From Tubulanus polymorphus (taxonomy: Eukaryota; Animalia; Nemertea), in assembly GCF_964204645.1 (NCBI RefSeq), contig NC_134025.1, positions 8,432,001 through 8,496,000 of the forward strand: a stretch of 64,000 bases of DNA. Direction: 5' to 3'. The notes beneath the pieces are model-generated. The model saw only the letters and a program-made list of their open reading frames with translations, was not told the origin of the DNA and did not search any database. The stretch's first letter is position 1, and each line of letters begins with the position of its first letter. The position numbers and the translations under genes were made by a program. Positions 15,501 to 30,500 of this stretch are shown here, in pieces.

Positions 15501-18500
15501 TGAACCAATATTAGCTAAGAATCCCTATGGTAAGTAAGATAATTCCTCAGCTGTCTTGAATGTTCATATTTTGAACTTAAGTTTTCTGAATATGGAACGT
15601 CTTTCATTGACTGTTTAGATCCTCCTGATGCACCTCGAGACTTTACTGCTACTGAAGTAAGACGAGATCAAATAATACTTTCTTGGCAAGAACCTCGAAA
15701 TGATGGTGGTTCACCAATAGTTGGATACTCAATTGAATCACGACATGGTTACACAAGCAGATGGACAAAACTTAACAAAACGCCAATCCTTAAATCTCCT
15801 TTCAAAATCACCGATCTTGTGGAAGGAACGGAATACGAATTTCATATTTTTGCTGAAAATGCTGCTGGTGCTGGTAAATCATCCAGCATTCTTCGAGTTA
15901 AAGCCAAGGATCCATTCAGTAAGTTTGCATCAGTATGTTTCAACATTCATGTGACAAATTATTGAATCATAGGAGGGATTTTCCAATTCATGATTTTCAG
16001 TTAAGGATGTCATATAACCCCAAAAGTGTTTTGCACATTTCAGCTAAACCAGGTGCTCCTGGAAAACCTGAAATCATCAAACTGACTAAAGATGCAGCAA
16101 CGATACGATGGACTAAGCCATCAGATGATGGAAAATCTCCCATCACTAATTATATCGTTGAATACAAAAAGAAGACAGACTACCAGTGGACAGTTGCTAC
16201 AGAAGACCTTAGAATGAAACATCAGGAGTTCACTGTACCAAATCTAAAAGAGGAAACCGCCTATGAGTTCAGAGTACTGGCTGTGAATAAGGCAGGTGCC
16301 GGACCTGCATCTCCTAACTCTGATGTTGTCAAATATGGTATGTACTTCAGCATTAATCAAATGCCATTTGATTTATCAATAATTGTGTTGTAAACATGAG
16401 CAATAACATCCATATCATTTCCCTATTACAGAAGAACCCATTGAATTTGTGAAACCTCTGAAGGACTGTACAATTAGCACTTTACCAGCAAATGCTACAT
16501 TTGAATGTGAAATTTCAAAGGCAAATGTTGTTGTCCAGTGGATGAAAGATCGTAAGCCATTATTACCACGAGGTGACAAATTGAAGATTTCTGTGAAAGG
16601 AAATGTACATACCCTCACAGTCTCTAATGTAACAAATGAAGATGAAGGCGAGTACTCGTTGTCAGTAAAACATAATGTCTCTTCGGCTAATTTGTCAATT
16701 GAAGCACCACCAACTCTCATGGTTGACCGATATTTCAATGATAAGCTGACATTAAAAGCTGGTGCTTCAACGGTGATTGAAGTTCCATTTGCGGGAAGTC
16801 CTAAACCAAAGGTGACCTGGTTATTTAATGACGGACAGCTTCCAGATGCTAAGCGTATCAAGCAAGAAACTATTTATGGAATGACAGCTCTCACAATGGC
16901 TCGTGTCCAACGTTCAGATGCTGGGGAATATAAAGTAGTGTTTGAGAACAAGCTAGGAAAAACATCCCTTGCAGTCAAAGTTCATATTTTAGGTGAGTAT
17001 TACTAGTGAGTTTGAAATTAACCAATTATATGAATATTACACATAGAGAATTTTTTCCTTTCATTAGATAAGCCAACTGCACCCCGAAATCTTACTGATA
17101 AGGATGTCTCAGCCAATCACATAACCCTCAAATGGGAAAAGCCTAAGGATGATGGTGGCAGTCCGGTAACTGAGTACATAGTTGAAAAGCGAGAAGGTAA
17201 CCGAAGGGCATGGCAGAATGCTGGAACGACTCCTGAGCTTGAGTACACTGTAAAGAACCTCAAAGGTGGCGAAAAGTACACCTTCCGTGTGTTTGCCGAA
17301 AACAAGACTGGAGTGAGTGATGAAGCAGCTGAACTCTCTCATGCAGTTGTTGCCAAATATCCATTCAGTAAGACATTTCTTCTTTTCATCAATTCTTTTC
17401 AATCAAAATAAGATATCATGCATTCTTGATCTTGTAGTATCTGTAATGAGAAATTATTTGATTCCGTTTTGAAGATGTGCCAGATGCTCCACAATCTCTG
17501 ACTCTTAAAGACCTCTGCAGCAAGTCATGCACATTGACATGGGAAGCTTCACGCAAGGATGGTGGATCACCAATAACGGGTTACTTTGTGGAACGCAGAG
17601 CTGGATTCAGTTATCAGTGGTTGCCTGTAAACCAGACGCCAATCTCCGATAAAAAGCTTGAAATCAAAGACCTCATAAGGGGAACTCAGTATGAATTCCG
17701 GGTAGTTGCTGTGAATAAGGCTGGTTGTAGCAAACCTAGTCCATCGACTACATCTGTCAAGGCTAAGGATCCATGGGGTATGTTTTATGAATATTTGCAT
17801 TGGTAAAGATGATGATTTCATTTGGATCTTTCATAACCATATAATGCACTTACAATGTATTGACATGGCTTATGAAAAAATAAATATACTATACCATTTT
17901 TAACAAAATCAATAAATTTGCTTTTAGACGTGCCTGGCAAAGTTGAGAGCCCTGAAGTTGTTGAAGTTACCAGGCAGGCAACTAAATTAGCCTGGCAATC
18001 ACCCAAAAATGATGGCGGCAGCAAGATAATTGGGTACAATGTTGAATACCGTGTCAGAGGTGGATTTAAATGGATCCAAGCTAATGAAGAACCAATCAAA
18101 GGAATGACCTATAGTATTCCAGGACTAAAAGAAGATATGGAATATGAATTCCGTGTTTCTGCAGTTAATAAAGCGGGAGTCGGTAATGTGTCTGAATCTA
18201 CATTACCAATCATCGTCAAAGATCCAATTGGTAGGTTGAAAGCAATACAACAGAATATATAACTATTTATCAAGTAATGTTATTTATAATCTGACATATC
18301 TCATATACATGTTTATTCTCGTATACATGTATATTATGTATGTATGAATGTTTATGTTTAAATGATATCTATATTCAGTTGGAGATCCACCAAAAATCAG
18401 AGAAGGTCTGAAGGATGTAAGCATCATCGCTCCTCAAGATATAACCTTAGAATGCAGTGTCATCCCAGGAAGTCCTGAAGCAGAGATCAGATGGTGAGAA

Positions 18501-21500
18501 TTATTAATCGAATGATATAGAATATTTTTGCCTTAGTAACGTGTGCCTGTACTCAGCTTATTTGATGTTTCCTTTCAAGGTTCCGAGAAAGCAAAGAATT
18601 GCATAGGGGCAACAAATACAAAACAACTTACAAAGAAAATGTTGCTAAATTGACTATCTACCAGAGTGAACCTGAAGACTCTGGTAAATACAAATGTGAA
18701 GCATTCAACCAGGTTGGACGTGCTGTATCCTCTTGCCAGATCAATGTCAGCTGTAAGAACTTTATTTTTTCCGCTAGTCATGAAACATAATGACTTATAG
18801 AATGTGTATTATCCTGATTGAATATGTATTTCAGTGCTCCCTGTGATTGAATTTGACCGTCGTTTGAAAAATACCCAGGCTCTAAAAGCTGGTGGAAACT
18901 TGATATTGCACACGGATATCAGTGGTTCTCCTACACCTAAGATAACTTGGTTGCACAATGGCAAACCCTTGGATTCATCAAATGCAACAGTTGACAATAC
19001 CGATACCTACAGCATTCTCACTATTCGCAATGTCGATAAATCTGATGAAGGCACATACAAACTGATTGCTGAAAATAGAGTTGGTAGAGGTGATGTGGAT
19101 TTCCATGTTACTGTGAAAGGTTAGTGTCATCATGCTTACCTTGAATATACAATTTATATCATGTATGTATTGCCCAGAAATATTGTTCTAAAGAATGAAT
19201 TATGAAATTTTCTGTTTTTTTTCTCAGACAAACCATCTCCTCCTACTGGACTTAAGATAACTGGTGTAGATCGTGATTTTATACAAATTACATGGGCACC
19301 ATCAGCTGAAGATGGTGGCGCACCTATTAAACAATATATCATTGAGAAACGTGATGCTGCTCGTCCATCATGGGTTACTGTCGGTACCACTTCACCTACA
19401 ACAACGTCATTTACTCTACCAAGACTAATTGAAGGAAATGAGTACCATATTCGTGTCCTAGCTGAAAATGATGTTGGTGATAGTGAACCACTCATGACAG
19501 AAAAGGCAGTCATGGCTAAATGTCCATTTGGTAAGTGAGCTTGATGTATCAAACTAAAACAGCTAATGATTCCATAAAATATTGATTTATTTTTCTAAAA
19601 CTCTATTCTGCAATGTCAATATTATTTGCAGATGAACCAGGCATGGTCAGAAATCTGAAAAAGGAAGATGTTTCTAATGACAGTGTAACTCTTTCTTGGG
19701 ATGCACCATCTGAAGATGGTGGTGCACCGATAACCGGCTATACAGTAGAACGATCTGTTGCACATTCTGGTCGGTGGGTACGCTGCAATAGGCGTCCAAT
19801 TACTGATAGAGAATTTACTGTTGCTGACCTTATTGAAGATGAGCAATATGAATTCCGTGTCCTCGCTGAAAATGAAGCTGGCCTTGGTAAACCCTGTAAA
19901 CAGACTACTCCCATTGTCGCAAAGAGTCCATTTGGTAAGTTATTTGTACTATCATTAGAATGAGTCTCTTGTCAAATGGAGAAATATAATTTTACCTAGT
20001 GAAAAAAATCGTCCTGTCCAAGTAAGAAATGTAAGTTTTACCACATCTATAATTCTGATTTATCAATATTTCTCCAGACAAACCAAGTACTCCTGGTAAA
20101 CCAAGAGCAATATCAGTGACTGATGATAGTGTAACTCTCTCCTGGAAGGCTCCAGAACAAGATGGTGGAAACCCCATCTCAAATTACATAATCGAAGGAA
20201 GAAACCGTGGTCAATGGAAATGGACACCCATCAGTACAGAAGCGATACGCAACACCCAATACAAGATTGAAGGACTACAGGATGGCCATGAGTATGAATT
20301 CCGTATCTTAGCTGAAAACAAAGCTGGTATTGGCAAGCCATCAGGTGCTTCTGATAGTATTCTTGTGCGAGAACCAATAGGTAACATAATCTTTGTGTTT
20401 TTTTCAAGCATTTTCATGTCAGATTTACTTTTCTAAAATTGTATGATGTGCATAATGAGTTGATAACTCTATCTATGAATCTATGAATATTTTCGTTGTT
20501 TGTGTAGTGGGTGATGCCCCTGTGATTGTTGAACCATTGAAGGACCAAACTGCTCGCTCAGGTGAAGATGCTACAATTAAAGTGAAAGTAACCGGTGATC
20601 CACCTCCTGAAATAGTGTGGTAAGTAATGATTGAAAAACTGTGATGCATTAGTTGCTTGGATGGCTGAGTATATTCCATTAGTTTTATAATCTTTTAGGT
20701 TCAAAGACAACCGTGAATTATATGATGGCATTAAATACAGTATGGATATCACAGATGGTATTGGTACTTTAACTGTCAAAAAGTTTAATGAGCGAGATAC
20801 TGGCAAATATCACTGCCAAATTCACAATCCTCTCGGAATGACTGAAACGTCTGCCACACTCCGTGTTAGATGTAAGCATTTCTTCATTACCTTACAACAA
20901 AAAATTGGTTATTTGTGGCTTTCAAAAAGATTAAGAGATGTTGAATTAACTTGATAATTTTCAGCTGAACCGAAGTTTGAATATGGTTATCGCTTACGTG
21001 AGCCTTTGTATGCTAAAGTTGGTTCTTTGGTAAAGTTACCAGTCACGGTGTATGGCTCTCCATTGCCACAAATGACATGGACAAAGGATGGTGTACCACT
21101 CAAACCAAGTAAGAATATTGGTATAGATTCAGTTGCTGATGAAACTGTCTTGCAACTGAAAAATCTGACCCGAGATGATGCAGGTAGTTATGTCCTAACA
21201 GCTAAAAATGAAGCTGGAGAGGTAACTCATCCATTTGAGATTATTGTCACTGGTAAGTATGTGTTATAAGCACTTTCACATTGAAGTAGAAATGTAAATG
21301 TTTAAATGTATGTCACCATATTTTAATTTTTAGATCTTCCACAAAAACCGGAAAGCATCAAAGTAAGAGACATTGATCGTGAAGCAGTTGGAATTGAGTG
21401 GCAACCTCCTCATGATACAGGTGGTCTACCTATCACTGGTTACCTCATTGAAAAGTGTGATACAAAGCGTATGGTATGGACCCGTGCTGGAAGTTGTTCT

Positions 21501-24500
21501 GGACATAAGACCTCACATCGTGTTGGTGGGCTTGCTGAAGGGAGTGAATATTTCTTCCGAGTAATAGCTGAAAATGAGCTAGGCGTTGGTGATGCTATTG
21601 AAATGAAACAACCAGTAGTTGTCAAGAGTCCATATGGTATGATCTTTTGACATTTTGCTAAAATACGTTGTACTGTAACTGAAAATATCAGTTTAGTTAT
21701 ATGTTTTGTCACAACTGTTTTAGATATCCCATCAGCACCATCTGGAACTCTGAATATTCGAAATGTTACCCAATCATCTGCTACATTAGACTGGCAGCAT
21801 CCACGCAGCGATGGAGGAAGTCCCATCAAAGCATACATTATTGAAAAACGTGAAGCTGCTAGGGCTAAATGGCAGAAAGTGGCTACAATTCGACCAACAA
21901 ATACATCATATACAGTCCCTAATCTTGATGAAGGATTCACCTACCAATTCCGTGTATTAGCACAGAATGATGAAGGCTACAGTCAGCCACTAGAATCTGA
22001 TCATTCAGTTTTCATTCAGAGACCTCAAGGTAACATTAATAATCCTATTATCTATGTGTCCTCCTCAAAATATGATAATATCCAAATGTATATATTGTGA
22101 TATTGTCGAATTGATCTATCTATGTATCAATAGTAATAATACATATTATTCTTCAGAAAAACCAACCCAACCATTGGGACCGATCCGTGTAAGTGATGTA
22201 CATGCAGATCGCCTCTCGATTTCCTGGCAACCACCTCGTGATGATGGTGGTGCACCAATCAGTACATACAAGTTGGATATCAGTGAAGATGGAAAATCTT
22301 GGCGACCACTAACTGAAGTAACATATCCAACAAGGTTATACACTGCTGGAAACCTAACCGAAGGTCAAAAGTACTTCTTCCGTGTTGCTGCACAAAACCA
22401 GATCGGCCAAAGCCCAGTTCTTGCATCAGACTACATTATTCCAACTAGAGCGATTGGTATGTGAACTGTTTCAGAATCCTAGATAAGTAAAAGAAAATAT
22501 GAACTGATTTATCAAATCAATTTTGTATGTTGTCTGTGGAATCCATTGTTCTTTAATGGTAAGAATAAATCCATTTCCATTGTAGAGCCACCTATGCATC
22601 CAAGATCTCTAGGTGTTGCTGATGTGCGACGTGATTCTGTTGGTCTTGAATGGCAAGCTCCCAAAGGAGATGGTGGTGCACCAATAACTGCATATGTGAT
22701 AGAGAAATATGATGGTCGTAAGGGACGTTGGAGTCATGTTGGGCGTATACCACCACATGAAACAGGATACAATGTCCGAAATCTGGTCCCTGGTGCTGAA
22801 TATCACTTCAGAGTGAGTGCTGAGAATCCTGCTGGAACCAGCACACCAATTGAACTTCCAACCACTGTAATTCCTAGGAGTCCTTATAGTAAGTTAATTC
22901 CTAACAATTTAAGTAAGATTCACCTCCTGAATACAGTAACTGAATATATCATGTTTGATTTATAGATGTGCCATCGATACCAAGTGGTCCTTTAAGACAA
23001 ATAACCACAGACAATGAACCATTCATTGAATGGAGCCCTCCCGAAAGAGATGGTGGTTTACCAATTATTGGCTATTTGATTGAGCTAAAGGAAGGTCGAC
23101 GTACATTCTGGTCACGAGCTGGCAAAGTTGATTCCAGTACAACAAGATTCCCATTGCAAGGGCTTGCAGTTGGCAACTCCTATTTAGCCCGTGTTTCAGC
23201 CATAAACAAGGAAGGACAAAGTGAACCATTGGAATCTGACTTCATCACAACTCAAGAGCGAATAGGTATGTTTATTTGTGAATATTCTTTCAAAAGCTTT
23301 AGAAAATAACAGTGAGATGAAAATGAAATTGAAAATTTGTATTTTTATAGCACCACCTACACCTCCAGTTATGTTAAGGCCCACAAAATACAGTCAAGAC
23401 ACTGTGCAACTTGACTGGAAAGCTCCATATAGTGGTTCACGACCACAGAGCTATCGTATTCGGGTACGAAGAGATGGAACAGATACCTGGGAAGACATTG
23501 GACGTGTCGATGGTTACAAGGGTAGTTTTACAGCCACTAAGTTGAATGAAGGTGTTGGTTATACATTTGCTGTTGCAGCTGAGAATGATGCTGGGTTGAG
23601 TAACTTTGTGGAATTAGATAGTCCGATAATTCCAAGAAGACCTATTGGTAAGTTGGTATCAAATGTGTAAATCAATCTTAGCCCATGTGAGATCGATTTC
23701 ATGTATTTGAAATAATTTCTTCATGTTTGCAGAGCCACCTTTGGCCCCAACTGGACCGCTCCGAGTTGCTGACATTCAGAAACACTCTATTTCATTGGCC
23801 TGGAAACCACCCACAGATGATGGTGGTGCCCCAATAAAACATTACCTGATTGAAAGAAGAGAACCATGGAGAACTCTTTGGACTCCTGTTGACCGTGTAC
23901 CTGCAGACACATATGAATACACTGCTCGGAATCTAATTGAGAATAATGAATACCATTGGCGTGTCTTGGCTGAAAACGTGAAGGGTTCATCTCGTGGATT
24001 AGAAATTGATACTCCTGTGATCCCAAGAAGCCCTTATGGTAATTATGGCGATTGAATTATTTCAAACCTTCAAGAATGGTTAATTTCTTAACCAATTCTT
24101 TGGAAAAGTTATAGGTCTATAAAAAAACACATTTTTTCACAGATCCTCCTAAAGCACCGATCGGTCCAATAGAAATTGATGAATACACTCGCAACTCAGC
24201 TACACTATCCTGGCAACTTCCAAGTGATGATGGTGGAACACCCATCACTGATTATATCATTGAACGACGTGATAAAAAGCGCATGACATGGGTGAAAGTC
24301 GATAAAGTGCCTGCGTCTCAACGAAAATGTATTGTTCCTAATCTTGTTGAAGGAAATGAATACATTTTCCGTATTTCTGCAGAAAATGCAGAAGGTATGG
24401 GACCTGCACTGGAAAGCTCAAGTCCGTTCAAACCTATGAGACCTCCATCCAAACCAGATATTCCAGTTGGTAGATTACATACTTCTCGAACATCTCCAAC

Positions 24501-27500
24501 AAGGGTTACCCTAGAATGGAGTCCTCCGAGTGATGACGGTGGTGCCCCTATCCAACATTACCTGATTGAACAGCGAGGGGTAGATGAAACAGACTGGAAA
24601 CCAGCAGCTCGTGCTTCTGGACGTGCCACATCAGTCGATATTCCTGATTTAACTGAAGGTAGAAAGTACATGTTCCGTATCAGAGCAGAAAACTTTGTTG
24701 GATCATCTGGCTATCTCGAAACAGATAAACCAGTCATGCCAGAAAAACAAAAGGAAAGACCAACTCACCCAGTAGGTCCTTTGCGTCTGACTGACATCCG
24801 ACGTGACAGAATGACTTTGAATTGGACACCACCTAATAGTGATGGAGGAGCAGAAATCACAGGTTACCTTATTGAAAAAAGTGAAAGTCATAGAACAGGC
24901 TGGATGCCTGTTGCTTCAGTGCCAGCTACTGATAGGAGTTATACAGTATCACACTTAAGCGATGGTCACAAATATTTGTTCCGAGTGTCTGCAGAGAATC
25001 GTCTTGGTCTTGGGCAATCACTTGAAATGAAAGAGGCTGTCGTTGCAAAGAGTCCTTACAGTAAGTTAAACACAAATGTATTGTTTTCATATTTTCTTGA
25101 TGGGTTTACTGAAAAATAATCTAAATTGGAATCATTGAAATGCTGACTATCATTACTTTTAGACCCACCACATGCACCTGTAGATGCAGATATTGTAGCA
25201 ATAACTGAAGACAGTGTAACTTTGGAATGGACACCGCCAGATCATGATGGTGGTGTGCCAGTTACAGGCTACATTATTGAGAAACGGGAATCATGGAGAA
25301 CTAATTGGGTGAAGGCTGGATACGCTGAGGCATCGGACCGACGCTATCGTATTCCAAATTTGTATGAAGGCAATGTGTACTACTTCAGAGTCACAGCCGA
25401 AAATGCTGAGGGAATTGGAAAAGCTCGCCAAATTCAACAACCAGTAACTCCACAAAGACCAATAGGTGAGTTTTATAAAATCATGCACAATTTCTCAACT
25501 GGAGAATAGTAAACAATTTGTGTTCTAAGTTGTAATTACTCTGTAACATTTCAGAACCTCCATCTGCACCGACTACATTGGATGTTGCTTACTTGTCAAG
25601 AGATGCAGCTTCTATTGAGTGGCACAGACCTCGATATGATGGCGGAGGGCGTTTGAAATCATTTGCCATTGAAATGAAAGAAGGTCGATCAGGTGAATGG
25701 CAGCCTGTTGGTCATGAAGATGCTAACTACAACTCATATATGATTGACAATTTGCGTGAAGGACAGGAATACTTCTTCCGAGTTGCAGCCAAAAATCAAG
25801 CAGGTCTTGGTCCGTGGATGACATTAGAATACCCTACAATACCTCATAGACCAATGGGTAGGGACTGTATTTATGTTATTTATTTCTTGCATACCCAGTT
25901 TAACTACTAAAAGATATTAAATGATCAAGCATTTTCAGATTGGTCTTTCATTGTGCATTGTAATGTTCAAAACATTTTCAGAACCACCGAGCACTCCTGC
26001 TGGTCCACTTCATATAAGTGATGTTACTGAAGAAAGTGTTACCCTCTCTTGGGAACCACCAGAACGAGATGGTGGCTCTCGAATCTCAAGCTATCTCATT
26101 GAGAAGCGCAGTTCTCGTCGACCTGATTGGATATTTACAACACGTGTGAAACCGGATCAAACAAAGACTGTTGTCAGCAACCTCATTGAAGGAATTGACT
26201 ATTACTTCAGAATAATGGCAGAAAATGATATCGGTGTCAGTTACCCTCTTGAATCTGAAGTGAAGGCAATGCCGAAGAGTAAATTTGGTAAGTATCTTTT
26301 AAGGATTGTTATTTTTAATATTCTTTTTGTTCTTTTAATATTGTTGCTATGCCAGTACTAAATTAATTGATTTCTCCTGGACTACAGGTCCACCTGAAGC
26401 GCCTCAAGGACCAATCAGAGTACCTGTTGTGACAAGAAACAGTGCAACAATTGAATGGGATGCGCCAGTCAATGATGGTGGTAGTCGTATTCAGCACTAT
26501 ATTATTGAGAAACGTGAATTATCCCGACGTATGTGGGTTCGTTGTGGTACTACTGATGCCAGTGAGCGTACCACTACAATACGCAATCTTGAAAGTCTAG
26601 ACTATACGTTCCGCGTCAGTGCTGAAAATAAGCATGGAGTTGGAGCCCCATTAGAAATTGACACACCTGTGTCTTTCAAGAAAATATTTGGTAAATACTG
26701 GACTATTTTATTTCTTCTAGAAAATGTCTACATAAATTGATGTTTTGAAAACGTATATTTTTCGCTATTCCTAGATAAACCAGCTCCTCCATCAACTCTC
26801 CATATTGCACGCATAACCCCATCATCAATCGTGCTGCGATGGGACCCACCTGTGAGTGATGGGGGATCAAATATTACTGGCTTCATCATTCAAAATGACA
26901 ACCAGGAGACGAACAAGTGGGAAACTGTAGCCGAAGTTCTAGCTCACACCTATCTCCATGAGGTTAAGAACCTGAAACCTGGTGATGAATACTATCTCCG
27001 TGTTATCACTAAAACCAGTAAGGGTACCAGTGAACCAATATGCATGGATTCACCAATACAGCTCCCAAAATTAGAACGCAATGGTAAGTTTTGTTTACTA
27101 TTATCATATCTGAGCATCATATACTATTTATATGTATCAGTATGAATTGTTTGCTTTATACACATTTCTACACAAATGAGTGAATTGAATGTATTTATGA
27201 GGTGTATCTTTAGAAAGTATCATGGTATAATTGTAACCTCCGCTGATCAGGGTTACTATCTTTTTTCTGAAGGTATTCACAATTAGTTCCGCCCATTTAT
27301 TCCTCATTGGTTACCGATAGGTATCTTTACCCTATGCAGTATAATGTTTAGAAAAATCTGATCCGGTTATAGAACAGTATTACGTACATACTCCTAGTTG
27401 TGTGTGTTTTAGCAGAATGATTGGAAGCAAGTGTTGGAACTAAAAATAAATAAAACACTGCAATCTGTGTTCAACCTCTGGAAAGCTCACTTTCTCACCA

Positions 27501-30500
27501 GAGAAGAAAGTGTATATTGGAAACTTCTTCATTTCTCAAAACACGTTATTTCCACATGTAATTATATTCTTATTTGGATTATTACTTAACCTCTGTAGAG
27601 AGACCTTCACCACCAGCTGGTCGACCAAAGGTTCTGAAAACAACAACAGACTCCATCTCTATTTCATGGCAAGAACCAGTCAGTGATGGTGGCTGTCCGA
27701 TATTACAATATGTCATTGAAAAACGTGATATGTCCAGTCGTTACTGGGTAAAAGCATTGCGAGTACCTGCTTCCAAAACCAAATGTGAAATTGATGGTTT
27801 ACATGAAGGTGGTGAATACATGTTCAGAGTAATAGCTGAGAATTCGGAAGGACTTAGTGAACCATCCCCTGCATCAGAATTAGCTACTTGCAAAGCTCAA
27901 ATCAGTAAGTAAAATTTATTTCATGTTTCATAGAGTTATTTCAAGCAATATGAAAACAATTTTAGTGCAACTACTATTAGATAGTAGTTCTACAGTTAAA
28001 GCTCTCAGTCTGATGTTAATTATGAAGATTTGTTTTTTCCATATGTTTATTTGCTTTGTGATCTTCTACCTGCGATAATCCATCCTTGTAAACGCCGAAG
28101 TAGATAGCAAGCTTATTCTTCCTTGCAAAGTCAGACATCATACGGTGCGAGCTGTATGGAAAGCTTCAGAAGTAATGAACTTAGTTTACAAACTGGTGAA
28201 TGCTGAATATGCTCTCCGGCAATACTTGATTTCAGAAGAACTAATGTTTATCTTTGAAAGTTGTTGCATGAAGGTCATTTCCACATACCAGTTTGGCTTA
28301 GAACATCTGAAAATGTTTTTGCTTGACTCTTGATAAACTCTGATTAAGTGGCAATTCTTGTTCCCACTCGACTATTAAATTCCACTTAAACTCTTATACA
28401 GAGATGTAGTAAAGCTGTTACATCTACAGCATATACTGTAATTTATGAATGATATCTATACCCACTACTTACTTTGTATGTGTCCGTAGATGTAAAAAAA
28501 ATTTTATCTACTCAAGGTTGTGATGAGCATTATTTTTAGTTATGATGGATATGCATTTACAGCAGCTGTTATTAGCCAGACTTTTGTTTATAGCTGCATC
28601 TATTTGTGTCTATATAAACTGTCTAGTTACATATCATAATTGTGATATGATGAAATCAAGCGAATGCTTGAAAGTAGAATTTTCCTCACAAAGCTAGCTA
28701 TGGAATAAGTAGATTTGGTATATGTTATCTTTCTCTTCTCTTCTTCAGAAATGACTCCTCCAACCTTTGTAGAAGATTTGAGGGATATCAACGTTAATGA
28801 TGGCAGTGATGCCACATTCCAAGTTGAAGTCCAAGGAGAACCAGAACCACAAATTAGATGGTTCCGTGAATATAGAGAAGTGTATGACAGCTTGAAATGC
28901 AGAATCAAGAAGAAGGGTAATGTGCACACTCTGGTTATCTATGAAGTTCGACCTGAGGATATGGGAGCAATTGAATGTCGAGCCAGTAACATCGCTGGAT
29001 CAGTTTCCGTATTTGCTCAGTTAACAGTATTAGGTATGATTTCTTGTGTTTAGTGAGTTTAATCATCTTTGAATTAATTATGTATAAAATTCTAATTTGA
29101 CTTTGTAGCTCCTCCACAAATCAGTTTGCCGAAGCGATTGCAAGATGGAATCATTTTCACTCGTGGTGAAACCATACGCCTCAAAGTTCCAGTCCTTGGA
29201 CATCCCCTGCCAGATATAACTTGGACAAAGGACAATGAGGAAATTGAACATGGTGGTCGTATATCAGTCGAAGCTACAGATCGAGATACTACTGTCAATA
29301 TTCATTATGCTGAAAAGGGAGATGGTGGGCTCTATACATTATTAGTAGAAAATGAACTCGGACAAAAACATGTTACCTTCCCGGTACAAGTTACTGATCG
29401 TCCTGATGTACCTGGAAAACCAGTTGCTTTTATAAAGGACAAATACACTGTTGAACTGGAATGGCCAGAACCAATCAATGATGGTGGCTCATTTATTCTT
29501 GGTTACTTCGTCGAACGATGCGAAATCGGTTCAGATTATTGGATTAAAGTTGCCTCTCCACGAACAAATCATGCTTACATTGAAAGTTTCACAGAAGGAA
29601 AACAATATCGATTTAGAGTTCGAGCGGAGAATGTCTATGGCGTCAGTGATGCTAGTGAGCCTTCTGATGTCGCCAGTAAGATTCAAATTTCAAAAGAACC
29701 AGTTGACTACAACAAACTTGGTAAGCCTTGTTCAGTATTAAGTTATAAACAGTTGTTTTTCAGCAGTATATCTAACTAAATTTTGCTTGATTCCAGTTGA
29801 TCCTAATCTGCCGTACATGTATGTTGATGGAGACAAACTTAAGCGAGATTTTGACAGTAAATACATCATCTGTGAGGAGCTTGGAAAGTATGTTAGCTAC
29901 TTTGAGTCTTTTATTGACAATGAGATGTGAGTTTTCTATGAATCGTACTTTCAACGTCATTTCTACATTACAGGGGTGCCTTCGGTGTTGTGCATAGATC
30001 AATCGAGCGATCCACTGGAAAGACTTGGGCAGCCAAGTTCATTACATGCCGTGCTCATGACAAGGAAAAGATCCGTCATGAGATTGATATCATGAATGAT
30101 TTGCATCACCCCAGATTACTTCAGCTCCACGAAGCCTTTGAGCAGCCTGGCATTATGACTTTAATACTTGAATTGTAAGTAATTGTTCTCGTTAATGATC
30201 AATGGTTTATCATCTGTGGTTAAAGTTTTCAGTGTTAATCTGTCTGTATCTTTTCAATAGTGTGTCAGGTGGAGATTTGTTTGAGCGCCTGGTCGAAGCA
30301 GATTACAGTTTCACTGAAGAGGACTGCATCCATTACATACGCCAGATTTGCCAGGGTATCCACCACATGCACAAACACAAGATTATGCATCTAGACTTGA
30401 AGGTAAAAATGATAGAAAATGAAAAATTCAACAATATAACTAAATGATAGTCAAACATTCTATAATTTTATTTCTCTGTAGCCTGAAAATGTTCTCTGTA

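Noticed and set aside
28075-28333. Plus-strand ORF with faint Ig-like start (AEVDSKLILPCKV..VWK)
   Set aside because: Weak acceptor, no DxGxY motif and no compatible donor, so not supportable as an exon.
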